Under the pieces are notes generated by a model. That model made no database searches. It was not told where the DNA came from and was given only the letters and a program-made list of their open reading frames with translations. Position numbers and translations under genes: made by a program. DNA of 64,000 nucleotides from Salpingoeca rosetta (lineage: Eukaryota; Protista; Choanoflagellata): contig JAWQFM010000013.1 of assembly GCA_033442325.1 (NCBI GenBank), positions 290-64,289 on the forward strand, in the 5' to 3' direction. This document shows positions 46,778 to 62,500 of this stretch, in pieces. The stretch's first letter is position 1. Each line of letters starts with the position of its first letter.

Positions 46778-47233
46778 CAGCGTCTCTGTCTGTCAGTTGT
46801 CGCTGTTGCCGACGTCAGCCAATTCCGGATACGGCCCTAATAATAAACCATTGTCCTTTAACTAGTTCTATATTCTATGTTTCGCACACAGAATACTGCT
46901 ATTCCACGCATTAGTGCTCGTGTAACTCATATCTACCACACGATGATGCAGCTGCCGTTGTTCGACAGCACCGCAGTCGAAAGAATATCAGGTGTTACAC
47001 TCAACAATAGCCACATCCTCTCCGGTTTCCCCACACTACACATTGCTCACATCCCAGGACGAACAACGCGGTTTACCATCTTGCTTGTTTGTTTTTGGCT
47101 TGCTTGCTTCTTGCTTGTTGCTTGTTGTTCTCTCGCTCGCCTTTCCTGCTGTTTGTTTGTTTGTTTTTCTTCCCCACCCTTCTCCCCCTTCCCCACCACA
47201 CCTCGCACACCCCCAATACAGCCAAGCAAGACC
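46778..47233. promoter_or_regulatory. Short divergent intergenic region (putative bidirectional promoter of GANAB and the amnionless-like gene)
   Basis: Head-to-head start codons ~455 bp apart. GACGTCA (CRE-like) and CCAAT lie at ~46811-46823. Confidence 0.5.
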
Positions 47234-47536
47234 ATGAGTCGCGGTGCTGTTGTGATCACGCTTGCCGTGGTCGCCGCTGTGTTCAGCGCAGACCTCTGCG
47301 CTGCCAAGAACCTCGTCTGGCGCGGTGGAAACACCAACTTTAACAACGCCGACAAGTGCGTTTTGGGTGGCGCGGTTGTGGCAGTACGTGTCGTGTTTGT
47401 TGTGCTTGCACGTGTGTTTGTGTGTGCATGTTCGTGTTTTGTGTTTGCTGTTGCAGCGAGTCGTGTGTGCAGTACTCGTGTTCGTGTGATGTCACGCGTG
47501 CTCCTTCACCTCACTCACATTGTGCACTCACCCCAT

Positions 47537-47579
<43 letters not shown>

Positions 47580-49012
47580 ATACACACACACACACGCCAT
47601 CCACACACCGCAACGCAGCTGGGACGGTGCACTGCCACTGGAGAGCAGCGATGTCGCCAGTGTCGACCTGCGCTCGGAGCGCGCGTACACGTCGTTCATC
47701 TCCAGCGAGACGTACTCCGTTGGCTCCCGCATGAAGCTCCCCATGAACGGCCGCTTCGTCTTTCAGAGCGACCAGGCGGTTGTCATCAAGTTCAAGTGCG
47801 TTTATTGTTTCGTGTCGTCGATGTGCCGCCTTGAAAGCGATGCCATGCTTCGTTTGCATTGACATTGGCATTCATGTCCTTGCTTCTCCTTCCTTGCGTC
47901 GTCTTCTCTGCTCATCCAAACGAGTGCATCAGATAGCCCATCTCACACTCTCGTTGAACACCGCACGACATTGTGTGTGCGTGTTTTGTTTTTCCTCTTC
48001 TTCTTCTGTCCTTTGACTCTCAGTGAGCAAGCATCTGGCCCAGAGGCGCAGTTCAAGGGTCCCCGCGACGACATTGAGTTTTCCTTCAACTGCCCAGACA
48101 ACGTGAGTTTCATCGCGGTTGGCAATAGTGCTGGTGACGAAGAGTAGAGTAATGGTGTTTCTGCTTTGTACACGCTCTGATTTGCGACTGCAACTGACAC
48201 GCACACACGCTCACTCACTAACACACAAACGCACCACTCACACAACTGTCACACTTGCACACACACACAACTGTCACACATGCACACACACACACTTACA
48301 CTTACGCATACACGCACATGACGTGCAGTGGCGGATCTACCGTGGCACGTCGCTGGATGCGACGACGGAGCCTCCGCGTGAGGACGATGACGTGTTCTTT
48401 GAGCCAGACAGCTCGTACCACGTGTTCTCCGACGCCCCGCTGACCAACGTGGCGTCGCTGACCATCGGGCACCCGAGCACGGCGGGCCTGGAGATTGAGG
48501 ACTGCCGCGACCTGCCCGCGCCGCAGTTTGATGGGCTGGACTGCAGCCGCTTCTTCATCAACGACGAGACGGCGTGCACGGACGAGTTCTCATTCAACGA
48601 CGAGGGCACGCGCGCGTGCATGTACTACAACAGCTGCCCGACGGAGGAGCAGGCTGCAGAGCAGGCCGCGCGTCTCGTGGAGGGCGCGCAATACAAGGAC
48701 GCCGAGATCCAGGCCGCTGCCGCCACCTTGGACACGGTCAACTTCCAGTTCGACCTGGCCGTGGACGCCCTGTCGCAGAACGAGGACGTTCGCGCTGCGA
48801 TTGACGCTGCGTTGCAGGACGAGGATTCGCTCGCCGCCCTGGCACCCGCAATGCTGCCAGACCTCAATGGTACGTAGCCGTTGTGCTGGCGGTGGTAGCG
48901 ATGTATTGTGTGCGTTGGTGGGTGTGTATGTAAGTGTGTACGTGTGTGTGTTCGTGTGTTCGTTGGTTCGTGTGTATCAGTGTTCGTGTGTTCGTTGGTT
49001 CGTGTGTATCAG

Positions 49013-49052
<40 letters not shown>

Positions 49053-51633
49053 CGTGTGCGTCTTTACGTGAATGATATCGCTGTTGGGACGTCACTTGCG
49101 CCTTCGCATGCTTCCGCCCTCCCTACCTCCTTACCCTTCCTTTCCACGCTTTCACCTCTTCCCACCAACTCATCCCCAACCTCCAACCCAAAACTCCCAA
49201 CTCACTCCTCCCCTCTTTGAAAACCAAAAACGGATAGGCACGTCGTTCACGTGGACGGTGTGGTCGCTGTCCGCCGCCTACAGCGACATGACCCTCACCC
49301 TCTCCGGCGTCGCCACCGCCCCCCGCGCCGCCTTTGCTGTCCCCGGCACAGACCCGCGCCTCTTTGATCCCACCGCCACCCTGACCCTCGCCAACCCCAC
49401 GGCCGGGGTCGACGGCGCGTTCCAGACGGAGACGCGTGTCCTGGCCCGCGTGCACGTGGCCGCGCTCGCCTCAGCCCACGCCACCGCCGACGCCCTCGCA
49501 GCCGTCAACACCACCTGTGCCGACGAGGCAGCGTGCACCCAGATTGCGAGCGTGGTGCAGGCCCTCAGCAAGGTGGACAAGGCGGCAGGGAGCTCGTTCG
49601 ACACGTCCATGCTGGTGAGCACGGTGTGCAAGGACTACACGTGCCCGTCGGACCCGGACCAGCTCAAGGCGGCGATTGCGCAGGCGCTCGGCAACGACAC
49701 CACTGTCAGCGACGACGACATTGCTGCGCTGGCTGGCGCGCTTACCGGGCTCAACGCCACAGACAACGGGGACCTGCAGGCGTTCCTGGAGAGCGACAAT
49801 GCAATTGCCGCTGGTGATGCCCTCAACACGGCCGACGCCGCCGTGGTGGCCGCCCAGCCCATCACCCGCACCATCATCTCGGACCCGATTGTGTTTGGCG
49901 TGCACCTGCCCGCGCTGACGCTGCGGCTGCTGGTGAACACGGCCAACCGCGCGGCGTTTATCGCGGAGATGAAGCAGCGCTTCCTGGCCGCCGTCGCCGC
50001 GGACGAGGTGCTCGGCATGGAGCTCATCCTCAGCACCAGCGCCAACACCGGCAGTGACAGCAGCACTGCCCGCCGACGCCGTGCCGCTGGCGACGACGCA
50101 AACGTGGTGGTTGAGCTGATTGTGACGTACAAGGTGACATGTCTGGAGGACCTGTGCGATGCGCTGGTGGTGACGAGCGACCACCCGTCGTACCAGGCGC
50201 TGGTGGCGGCTGCAAACGGCGCCGCAGCCACCATTGACCCGCAGGCGTACGAGTGCTTCATCACCACCCTCAGCAGCGGCGCCATCCAGATTGACGACCT
50301 GCCCTCCTCCTCTTGCCTGTACGACCGCGCACGGGAGCTGCTCGCGGCCTCTGGTGGCGACGCTGCCGCCGCCTACGACGCCCTCATCGCCGCCACCACC
50401 TGCGGGCCGGCCGGGTCGCTGCCCACGGGCGACTGCGTGCTCGACGTTGCCGCAGACGTCGTCGCGCAGATTGAGACGCGTGTGCAGAACGCCGTCAACG
50501 CTGCCACCACCACCACCTCCACCACCACGGCCACCAAGCCCGTCATCTCGACCTCCAGCAGCAGCACGACTGCGCCCGTGACCATTGCGCCTGCGGAGTC
50601 GAGCGCCGCGAGCGTGGGCGTCATTGCTGGCGGCGCTGCTGCCGGTGTTGTCGCCCTCATTGCCGTTGTCATCCTCATCGTCGTCCTCCAGCGGTATGCG
50701 GTCGATTGCTCCTCGTGCATGTGGGGTGGCGTTGGCGTGGGGTCGTGATTGTGTCGGCGTGCACCCTGCTTTCGTTGCTGTCGTTGCTGCGTGCGGGCGA
50801 CTGTTCCGTTTGATGACATTGCAATGTCACTGCTTGTTGATGATGAGAATCATGTTTGTGTGTGTGTGCACACCCCACCCCTAACAACCATCGTCGCAAC
50901 CATCGCCATCACAACCATCATCGTTGCCGTCGCGTGCACACAGTCGCGGCGGCTCCCGCAGCTCGGGCAAGGCCGGCACCGCTGTTGACGCCAACAGACA
51001 CGTCGTCGCCTTTGAAAACCCAATGTGTACGTGTGTGAGTGTGAGTGAGTGTACATGTGCATGTGTGTGCCTGTGTGTGTGCGTGTTGGTCGAATATCCC
51101 TCGAATTGTCCGTCCACGCATCACGTCGGCTCTAACGTCTTCATCTGCGTCACGTTGTGTTCAGACGACGACCCCGGCCTCAACCCGGCTATGGTGCAGC
51201 CCGTCTACGAGGCAGCAGGCGACAAGCCAGAGGAAGAAGGTGCGCCGTTTGTGTGTGTGTGTGTGCGTGTGCGTGTGTGTGTTTGTGTTTGTGTGTTTGT
51301 GTGTTATGCGTGTTATGCGTGTTATGCGTGATTGTGATTCTTCTTTGCTTCATCGCCCACTTATCCATGGTGCCCAGCGTTCGCTCCACTTCATATCGCC
51401 TCACCTCATTTTACCTCACCTCACCTCACCTTACCTCACTACGCACGCGCATGACTTGGTGCAGGCCTGTACGACGAGCCTGCGTTTACGGTTGGTCTAA
51501 ACGACAAGACGAACCCCATCTACCAGTCCAACGAGGACCTCGCGGAGAGCGACTACGACAACATCGCCGATAGCGAGGACGATGGCCCAGACGGCACCGG
51601 CTACCTCGGTACGTGCGTGTGTGTGTCATGTGT

Positions 51634-51667
<34 letters not shown>

Positions 51668-51788
51668 GTGTCTGCTGTAGCTCTCTTCTTTTTTTCACGC
51701 GTGACATCTCCAACCCTCACAATCACCCATTAACCCCCCCCCACCCCCAACTTCGACAGACGTTGCCCCCGAAGTGGAGGACGAGTGA
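47234..51788 (+). CDS. AMN-like: Amnionless-like type I membrane protein (approx. exons 47234-47355, 47639-47796, 48024-48102, 48329-48870, 49238-50693, 50944-51026, 51165-51239, 51465-51608, 51759-51788)
   Basis: Signal peptide. LVWRGGNTNFNNADNWDG, MKLPMNGRFVF, FSFNCPDNW and PPREDDDVFFEPDSSYHV resemble the N-terminal motifs of animal AMN. SEA-like region with RRRR, Thr-rich stalk, TM VGVIAGGAAAGVVALIAVVILIVVL, and a cytoplasmic FENPMY. Confidence 0.7.
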
Positions 51789-52371
51789 TGCAATGTGGCG
51801 CATCCGCAATCACATCCGCAGTCACATACGCTCCCTCTTCCTGCCCCCTGACATGTTGACTCTCCCCATATGCACGCGCTGTCAAACCTTACCCTGCGTT
51901 CTTGCCCCCCTCCCTTCTTCTTCTTTCGTTGCCCCTGCTCACCCTCCCTCACTGCTTTCCCTTGTTTTGTTACACCGACCTGCCTGCCTGCTGCATGCAT
52001 TTCTTGCTGTTTCTGGGCGCTGCGTGCGCACCTCCCCTTGTTCTCCCTTTCCTACCTCTGTTGCACAATGAACAACTGAACACACCACCAGCATTGGCAA
52101 ACAAGTGACCTTGACGTGTCGCAACGGCGGCTGAGTTGATGACCGAGTGGAAAGACTTCTTCCTTCAGAGAGCCGCCACAACAAGGCGGTGTGCTGTTTG
52201 GCTAGAATTTCACAGCAAGTTTTCAACAAATTATCCACAACTCGCCGCACAAACCAAGCCAAACTCGCTCCTCGCTCGCTCGCAGTTGCTGACTTGTGTC
52301 ATCCACCTTCGAAGCAGTACAACATACATCACACATCCACCTTCAACGACCCAGTACAACAAACAACACAA

Positions 52372-52416
<45 letters not shown>

Positions 52417-52436
52417 CCACATCCACACATCCAAAG

Positions 52437-53066
52437 ATGGGCGACATGGATGACCCGGATCAGCTCCTCAGCATGTTTATGGTATGGCTTTCTTTCTTAC
52501 CCTGTTTTCTTTTCGCGCGCGCGAACGAACAACACTGCAGCAACGAATGTGTCCGCGCCCTGAAATACAACCGAATGCTCACACTGCGGTGAATGCCTTG
52601 CGTGCATCTCCTTGTCGCCTCTCCGTATGCTCGACGTGTGTGTGCAGTCGCTTGGGACCACTGACCATGGCACGCTCATCGACCAGTTCAAAAAGGTGTG
52701 TTGTTGGGCTGCTGTTGTTGATGCGTATGCGCGAGCGTGCCGGGCTTGTCGGCGCGGCAAATTGTTGGTGGCGAAGCCTGTGTATTGATGCCAGTGTGAA
52801 ACACTTTGCCTCATGCTTCATGTACCACATGGACCTGCAGGTGGTTCGGATTGATGACGACAGCCTTGCGTCGTTCTTTCTCGAGGCAAACAACTGGAAC
52901 CTGCAGGTTCGTTCAGAGTAGTCAGTGAGCTTGCGAGGGGCCCCGCGCGTGGAAGGAGGGATCCAGGGCGTCGTTGCTGCCAACTTCAACGTTGATGAGA
53001 GCCACACATGCCTTGTTCCGTGAACCGCTGCGTGTGGTATATTGATGCACAACGTTTCCCGATTGC

Positions 53067-53104
<38 letters not shown>

Positions 53105-53397
53105 GGCGCGGTGTGGTCATACTTTGACCAACAGGGTTCCGGTAACCAGATGTACATTCCAAGACAGAGACCGCAAGCAGGTGGGCGCGTGCGATTGTGG
53201 TTGTGAATGTGAACATGATGGTGTGCGTGGTTGCTGTTGCGTTGCTGTGTGCTGTTGGGTGTGTTTTACGTTCACATTGCGCCTCACCTGCCACTCGCGT
53301 CACCTTCATGCGTGTTCCTCAGAACTGATTGGCGAAATGACTGCCTCACACGGCAGCGACGCCGTCGGCTCTGGACAGCAGTTTACAAAAACGTGGC

Positions 53398-53479
<82 letters not shown>

Positions 53480-54188
53480 TCCTCAATGCAACGCTTGCAC
53501 TGCCTCCCCTCATTGTGAAGTCACCGTCTCACCCCGTTGCCTGCACAGTTTTCGCAACACTGGCACGACACACTGGCCGCACTCGACCGTATTTGCCTTT
53601 CTCAACGTAAGCGCCGGGTGCGCATGTATTTGTGTGTTGTGTGATGACACCTCTGTGATCATGACACACCGCGCCCTTCAGTCGTTGCACATGATGTCCT
53701 CGTTCCTTCCGCACATTGCCTCCCCCCCCCCTTCACCGCATTCCCTCCCTTGCCTCCACAACCCCTCGACCTCACCCACCACCATCACCACCTCCAGGGC
53801 GAGAGGATGGGTGCGCCGTCTCGTGTCGCCGTGCCGCCCGCTGCTCCCGGCGAATTTGCAGACGTCACAGTCACATTCACAGCACCGCGCGGTACGGTGC
53901 CTGGTGGCCATTGCAGGGAGGGCAGGGGTCTGGGAGGTGCTGGTGTGCTTGGCGATGCTTGGTGCTACTGTGTGCTTGAAAACTGGGCCATTCTGGCTCG
54001 ACACAGAACAGTGCGCATGTGTGTGTGTGTGTGCGTGTTTCGTGCATTTGCAGTTTTGTGTGTATGTATTGCTCATTCAACCATGTACACGTGTGTCAAA
54101 TGGAACAGAGCCGGGCCAATATGTCGGCACGTGGCGACTCCAGCACAGCGACCACGTCACCGAGGTATCATGTCAAGCATATAATGAC

Positions 54189-54224
<36 letters not shown>

Positions 54225-54272
54225 ACGCAAAACCGACCAAACAAAATGAGTTCAACCATTCTCCAACAAACT

Positions 54273-54333
<61 letters not shown>

Positions 54334-54759
54334 TCGACCCTCCACCTTCGACCCTTCTCCTAACGAACACCCCACCCTCCCTGTTCGCAGTGTTTTGGCG
54401 AAGAGGTGTGGGTGATTCTGAACGTGACAGATGACGGTGGCGTGGGTCTCGTGCAGGCCATGCAGTCCACATCCATGGGCGAGGGCGGTGGGCAGCAGCA
54501 GCAGTCGTCATCGTCATCGTTTGGCGGCGGGTTTGGTGTGATGCAACAGCAGCACGGCGGCTCGTTTGGTGGACAGCAGATGCAGATGCAGATGCAAGGG
54601 CAGGGCCAGGGATCCATGATGATGCAGGGGCACGGTGAGCCACAACAGCAACAACAGCAGCCCCAGCAACCCTCGTTTGGACGCTCCGTGGGCGCATTTG
54701 GCGTCCATGATTCAGCATCTCCACACCACCACCACCACCACTTTGGTGGACCTCAGTGA
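52437..54759 (+). CDS. ILRUN: ILRUN/C6orf106-like protein (UBA-like + NBR1 FW domain, Gln/Gly-rich tail)
   Basis: [81 protein letters not shown] and [11 protein letters not shown]. About 9 exons. Confidence 0.88.
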
Positions 54760-54800
54760 AGACGAAGGACGAGCAAAACAAAGAACTAAGCAGAATTGTA

Positions 54801-54874
<74 letters not shown>

Positions 54875-55816
54875 ATATGGCATCGGCTCTGGGACCATGT
54901 GTGTTTGTGCTTCAACCGAGCGACATTGATGTTGTTCTCATGCTGTGCCTGATTGGCTGGTTCCCACTCTTTTCCTTTCTCCCCCTTTCGTTACTCTTCC
55001 CGCATACAAGCCTAACTGCATTCAGCAGGTGTGTATGTGTGTATGTATGTATGTGTGTGTGTGTGTGTGTGGGAGTGAGAGAGACAGACAGACACACACA
55101 CAGGCACACACACAGACACACACATAGAAAGAGCATGTACACACAACACAACACAACACAACACACACACAACACACACAACACACAAACAACAACATGC
55201 ACCAAAATTATCAGACTGAATTCAGTCGCTACTGCCAGTTGCGCAACATGGCACAAAGCTAAATTTGGCGGTTGCGGTGTTGCAGCAATGGCGATGACAA
55301 AGCAACATCTCACACAAAGCAACATGGAAGGTTTTGTGGGGTCTTTCCCTCCCTTATTGTCACCGCCGTTGGCTTTTGTTTTCCACTCACGCAACAAGCT
55401 GAGCAGTGCAGAACAACACACACAGCGGCTGCTGAACACGCGAGCGATCGCTTCTCTGCCACGGTATTTTCATCTTGACAGCTTGACAACAGGTGTGTGT
55501 GCGCGTGTTTGGCTTTGTCGCCGTTGGAGAGATATTTTTGTTGGGTGTCGCTTGTGCGATCGGCTGCGTTGCCGTGTTCATTTCTTTCCTTCCCGCTCCT
55601 CCACCCTTTTGCGTGAGTGCTGTTTTGCATGTTGTGATCTGACATGTGACACCGTCGCATATGGCAAGGACAGAAGCAATCTCACCCGGTCACGTGGTCT
55701 TGCTTCTTCTGCGATCTGCACGACTTACTCATCCACTCACCCCACTACGTACCCCTCGCTCACCCATCTCTCCACACACACTACACACACACACGCACAC
55801 ACACACACACACTACA

Positions 55817-55858
<42 letters not shown>

Positions 55859-55899
55859 CATCCATTCATCACACACGCTCTGCAGATACATACCGTTGA

Positions 55900-57288
<1,389 letters not shown>

Positions 57289-58172
57289 GCGCACTCGCTC
57301 CCTCGTCTGGGCCGTGCCATGTGACTTTTTGTCTGCCTGCTTTGCTGGTGCACACCGCGGCATGCCTTTGTCGTGGCGTGCACCTGTCTTGTGACGGACA
57401 AGCTCACGCCTGTCACGTGTCCCACGCTCCCTCTTTCTTGCTTGTTCCCCTTTGTCCCCCCCCCCCTGCGTTGTTGCTCGCTTGCTTACTGACTGACTGA
57501 GGTGCCTGTCTGTTGATTTCGTTTCATGCCCAACTCGCCCGCCATTGTCGTTCCCCTCTGTCCTGTGTCATGCATGGCCTTGTCGTGCCATCCCCACCCC
57601 TGCCTGCCTCCCACTGTCCCTGCCGTTTGTTCCCCTGAATTGCTTGTTTAAACGATGGCCCGTACACCGTTCAAAGGAGATGATGGCATGGGACGGGAGA
57701 ATGGATTAAGATGGGGCTGTGAGGAAGGAGAGGGAGGGTGCAGTTGAGAGAAGCGTGAAGGCAGATACAAGCGTCTCAAGCACACAAAGAATACGAATGT
57801 TTGTGCATGATTTCTTCTAATTTTCTACAAACAACCACATCCAGGTCAGCGCGGTGCTTGCGTGTTGTGTTGTGGTGTGTTGTGTTTGGCGCCCGACTGT
57901 TTCGTTTCACCGGCGCCAGGGGACGGGCAGCACACTGCATGATGCCGTGCTTTGAGAGTGGGGTTGCACGTTTTGTGGAGCTTGTTGCTCGTTGACTTTC
58001 TCACACGTTGCTACACTGATGTGTTCTTTTGTTTGGTTTGTGTTGTTTGGACGTGCTGCTGCTGTTGTTGTTGTTGTTGCTGTTGTTGCTGTTGTTGTTG
58101 CTGTTGTTTGCGTCAGTGGTCTGGTTTTTTGCTGCGCTGGATCCAATCACAGCAACACCAGCTCGTCGTGAA

Positions 58173-59502
58173 ATGACTGGCCGTGCTCCACCTGGACGGC
58201 CTCCGCCACCGGCAGCCTCGTGCGTGTATATCTATGTGTGTGTCTGTGTGTGTGCGTGTGTGTGCCTGTGTGTGTGTGTGCATATGTGTGTGTACGTGTC
58301 TCTGTGTGTGCGTGTGCGTGCGTACGTCTCTGTCTGTCTGTCTGTCTGTGTGCGTGTGTGCGTGTGTGCGTGTGTGCGTGTGTGCGTGCGTGCGTGTCTG
58401 TTTGCCTCCAACTCTGCTTGTCAACTCGTTTCCACTGCTTCCTCTTCTCGCCGTGCCCTCATGTTCCATTTGATGTTGTGCTGTTCGGCTTTTCCTTTGG
58501 GTTTGCACCAATTGCTACAGCCACGGCCAACGACCAGGTGCGTCCGTACACACTTGCATTTGCCGTGCTATCATGCCGTGTAATTTGCTTATCCTTGCTT
58601 GCTCGTCTCACTCCCACGCATGTGTTGTTGTCTCGACCATGTTCTGCAGAACGCCCGCCACCTGTGATCCCCGCCTCACGCGCACCTCTCAGCCAGGTGT
58701 GTGTGTGTGTGTGTGTCTGTGTGTGTGTCTGTGTGTGTGTCTGTGTGTGTGTGTGTGTGTGCGTGTGTATGTGTGTCTGTGTGTGTGTGTGTGTCTGTGT
58801 CTGTGTCTGTGTGTGTGTGTATGTATGTGTGTGTGTGTATGTGTGTCTGTGTGTGCCTGTGTGACTGTGTCTGTGTGTGCCTGTATGCGTCTCTATATAT
58901 CCGCATGGCTGCGTTCTGTTCGTAAATGTGCCTGCCACACACGTTGGCTCTGCCACCGTGCCATCGATGTGATCTTCACACCCGCCCGCCACTGTCCCTC
59001 CGTCGTATCAGCCACCGAGCGAGGCGCCGCCCCAGCGCCCGCGTGCCCAACAGGCGGCATCATCCCGCGCCCGCGTGGCGGCCCGTGCAGCAGCAGCACA
59101 GCGCGGCCTCAGGTGCGGACTCTTCGTGTCCTGCGTTCCCAAACACTGCGCTGATGCAGTACATGCGCACAGTAGCCCGGCATCCTCTGCCCCCTCACAT
59201 AACACCATCACATCACATCACATCACACAATCACATCACATAACCACATCACATTACCTGGCCACCCCAGACCCCAGCGCAGTGCTCCCGCAGCGCCGCC
59301 ATCAACGGCAGCACCAGTGCGAGCAGCACCAACAGCGCCGCCGCCAGCCCGACTCCCACCCCGACGCGTCGTGGAAGGTGCGCGGTGCGCAGCTGTTGAA
59401 GCCTGGGGTGGGGTGTGGATTCAAGACAGAGCGGTGGCAGCGGTGATGGTGCACTCACATAACACTGCTGTCGCCCACGTGCTGCCGCCCCTCACACACA
59501 CG

Positions 59503-59538
<36 letters not shown>

Positions 59539-62500
59539 ACACACACACACACGCACACACACACACACGCACACACGCACACACCCTTGCAGGCCCACCG
59601 CCAGCTGATGCACCGCCACCGCGCCCGCCATCGCACGGGTCACGGCCCCGCCCCGCACGCCAGGCATCGCTCGACTCGGTATGCAGTCGGTGTCACCATG
59701 CACCCTGCACTGCCGTGCTGCGCTTGCCAGCAGATGTTGGCGCCCTGTTTCCTGTGAGGGCTCATTTGTCGCCACTTAAATTATACCGCTGCTCACTGCT
59801 GCTCTCATCAACATGTGTGTGTGTGTGTGTTTAGACACCACCAGCGCGGCCGCCGCCTGCAAAGACAGCGTCGCCTTCCCACCACGCGCCCATTCGACCT
59901 GCCCCGGCCCCCGTCCGGGTGAGACGGCTGATGTTGCACATACGTGGCCAATCCACAATGTGTTCTCCTCGTTGTTCGACAACGCACGCAAGCATGCATC
60001 CAATTCACCCACCCACTTACCCACCCAATCACCCAATCACTCACTCGCTCACACGCTGACACACAATCGCCCCCACGCGCATGACACAACCCCTGCCTGC
60101 AGACTGCACCTGCTCGTCCACCACCCGTCACAACATCCCCCGCCACCGCCACCGTTCCCACCACGACCGCCAGTGCCACGACTGCCGTGACATCAACGCC
60201 GCCACCGAAACCATCACCACCGCGTCCAGCTCAGCCAACACCAACAGCAGCACCACCACCAGCACCACCAGCAGCCAAAACAGCAACGACAGCGGTATCA
60301 TCACCATCACCGCCGCGGCCGTCGCGCCCTCCGCCCCCACGCAGTGCAACCGTCTCGTCAACGGCAGGGCGCGCACCGGGGACACACCCGGCCGTGCGAC
60401 GCGGTACAACAGGCGGCGGCAGTAGTGCTGTGAAGGTACAGGAGGCAGCGCGCACGGCTGCCGCCGAAGCGACAACGACGACGACGACGACGACGACGAC
60501 CGTCAGCATCATGGCTGCTGCCGCTGAGGTGACGACAAGGCAGTCGACGCAAGATGGTTCCGCCACTACGGCTGTCACGGCCAGCACAGCAGCTGCTGCC
60601 ATCAGTGCGACCACGAGCACAGCCACCACTGCAGGCATCACCACCACCAGCGCTTCTACCACTGCAAGTGCAAGTGCTGCCGTTGCCGTTAACACAACGA
60701 ATACGGACACAGACACAGGCACAAGCACGCCGTCCCCCAGCGCGCTCCCTGCGCCGCGTATTTCAAACGCGAGCAGCAGCGGTGTGAGCAGCTGGCGTGA
60801 CAGCGCCCGCACGACGTCCTCTGCGGGTGCTGAGTCAGCACGAGAGTCAGCAGTGCCGGACGCCAGGTCCGAGGCAGCGGTGGTGCCGGGGCACGGCAGC
60901 ACCACGCCAACCACGGCGGCAGCATCGAGCCGGGAGGAGGAGGAAGCAGACAAGATCGCAGACACCACCACCACCACCACCACGCCAACGGAGGCAGCAA
61001 CAACTGCAGCTGGTGATGACGATGATGGCAGGAGCGAACCTCGTGATGTCGAGGCAGGGCAGCCGAGGACCGCAAGTGCTGGGCAGGGGCGGGACGAGAG
61101 TGCTGATGTGGCGACGACGGTCGGCGATGGTGCAGCAGTAAAGGCGAAGGAGGACAAAGAAGAAGAAGAAAAGGCGACGACTAAGGCTGAGGAGGAAGAT
61201 GAGAAGTGCGCGGCTGATGATGGCCAGGCTGCCGCCACGACTGCCACAGCAGATGCCACAACACAGGCAGACACCACTGCGACAGGAACAGCGCCAGTAC
61301 CGGCACCATCGGAAGCGAAAACAACACCAGCCGTGACGGCTGGCGTGGCGGTGGCGAGCGTGACGGTGACATCCACATCAACTGACGCTGAGGAAGTGCA
61401 CGAGGATAAAGAGGGGCCGGAACAGCCACCAGAACCGCTGCAAGAGGAGAAGGGGAAGAAGAATGCTGCGTCAGCTTCGGTGATTTTGGGCAGCGGGGAG
61501 GACGCTGGTGAGACGACGACAGATGGAGATGACGCGACGATGCACCCAGTACCCGAACCAGCACCAGCAGAGGTAGAGGCACGCGATGAAGGTGGTGTGG
61601 TGGAAGAACAGAGTGATGTGGGTGGCGTTGCTCGGGGTGGCACAGACACAACGGAGCAAGCCGAAGTTGCGACGACCCCAGCTGGTGCTGCTGCTGGTGA
61701 TGAAGAGAGGACGAGTGCCATGAAGTCGGACGGCGGTAGCGGTGCGATGACATTGGAGGACACGGCAGGACCGCGGGAATCGAGCACAGACGAGGCGGTG
61801 AAGTGCACGGTGATGGAGGAGGAGGTGGAGGAGGAGGAGAAGGCAACACCGCAGGATAGCGTGAGCGAGAAGAACGATGAGGGAGAACAGAACGAAGATC
61901 AGGAACCGGGGCAGGAAGCAGAAACCGCACGGGAGGAATTGAGGATCGAGGAAGGTGGCACGGCGGAGGAACACGGGGAAGAAGCAGAGGAGGCAACCAC
62001 AGAGGCGAAGGAAGAGCAGGCGAAGACAGGGAAGGGTGTGGCGTCGCCTGAAGAACAGGAAGCAGCGAAGGCGAGCGAAGCGACGGAGGATAAACCCGAG
62101 GAAGGAAAGGCGGGAGTGGTGGAACACGAGCAAGAGCCATCGCCAGGCACAGCAGCAGGCGTAAGCAAGGAAGAGGTGAAGGAACAGCAGGAGGAGGTGA
62201 AGGAACACGTTGCGGACCAGACACCGACAGCAGATGCGCCGGTCGTGGCTGCATTGGAGACTGGTGCCGCTGAAGGGAAACAGGGGAGCGCCGAGCAACA
62301 TGGGAGAGACGAGCGCGGCGGTGCACAGGCGGTGCAGGAAAAGTCAACACTGGACGACGGCGAGGTCGCAGTGTCGGAGAAGGAAGAAGACAAGGGGCAG
62401 GCAGCGCGAGGAGAAGAGGAAGGAGAAGGGAGGCAGGTGGAGAAGGACGGTAAGGAACAAACAGAAGCGCCTGATGCCGCCCCAACAGACGTGCAGGCAG

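Noticed and set aside
46945-46985. tRNA suggested by GTTCGA
   Set aside because: No cloverleaf or A box can be built around it.
55230-55300. RFX X-box upstream of beta-tubulin (GTTGCGCAAC, GTTGCAGCAATGGC)
   Set aside because: Poor fit to the consensus spacing, and about 700 bp from the ATG.
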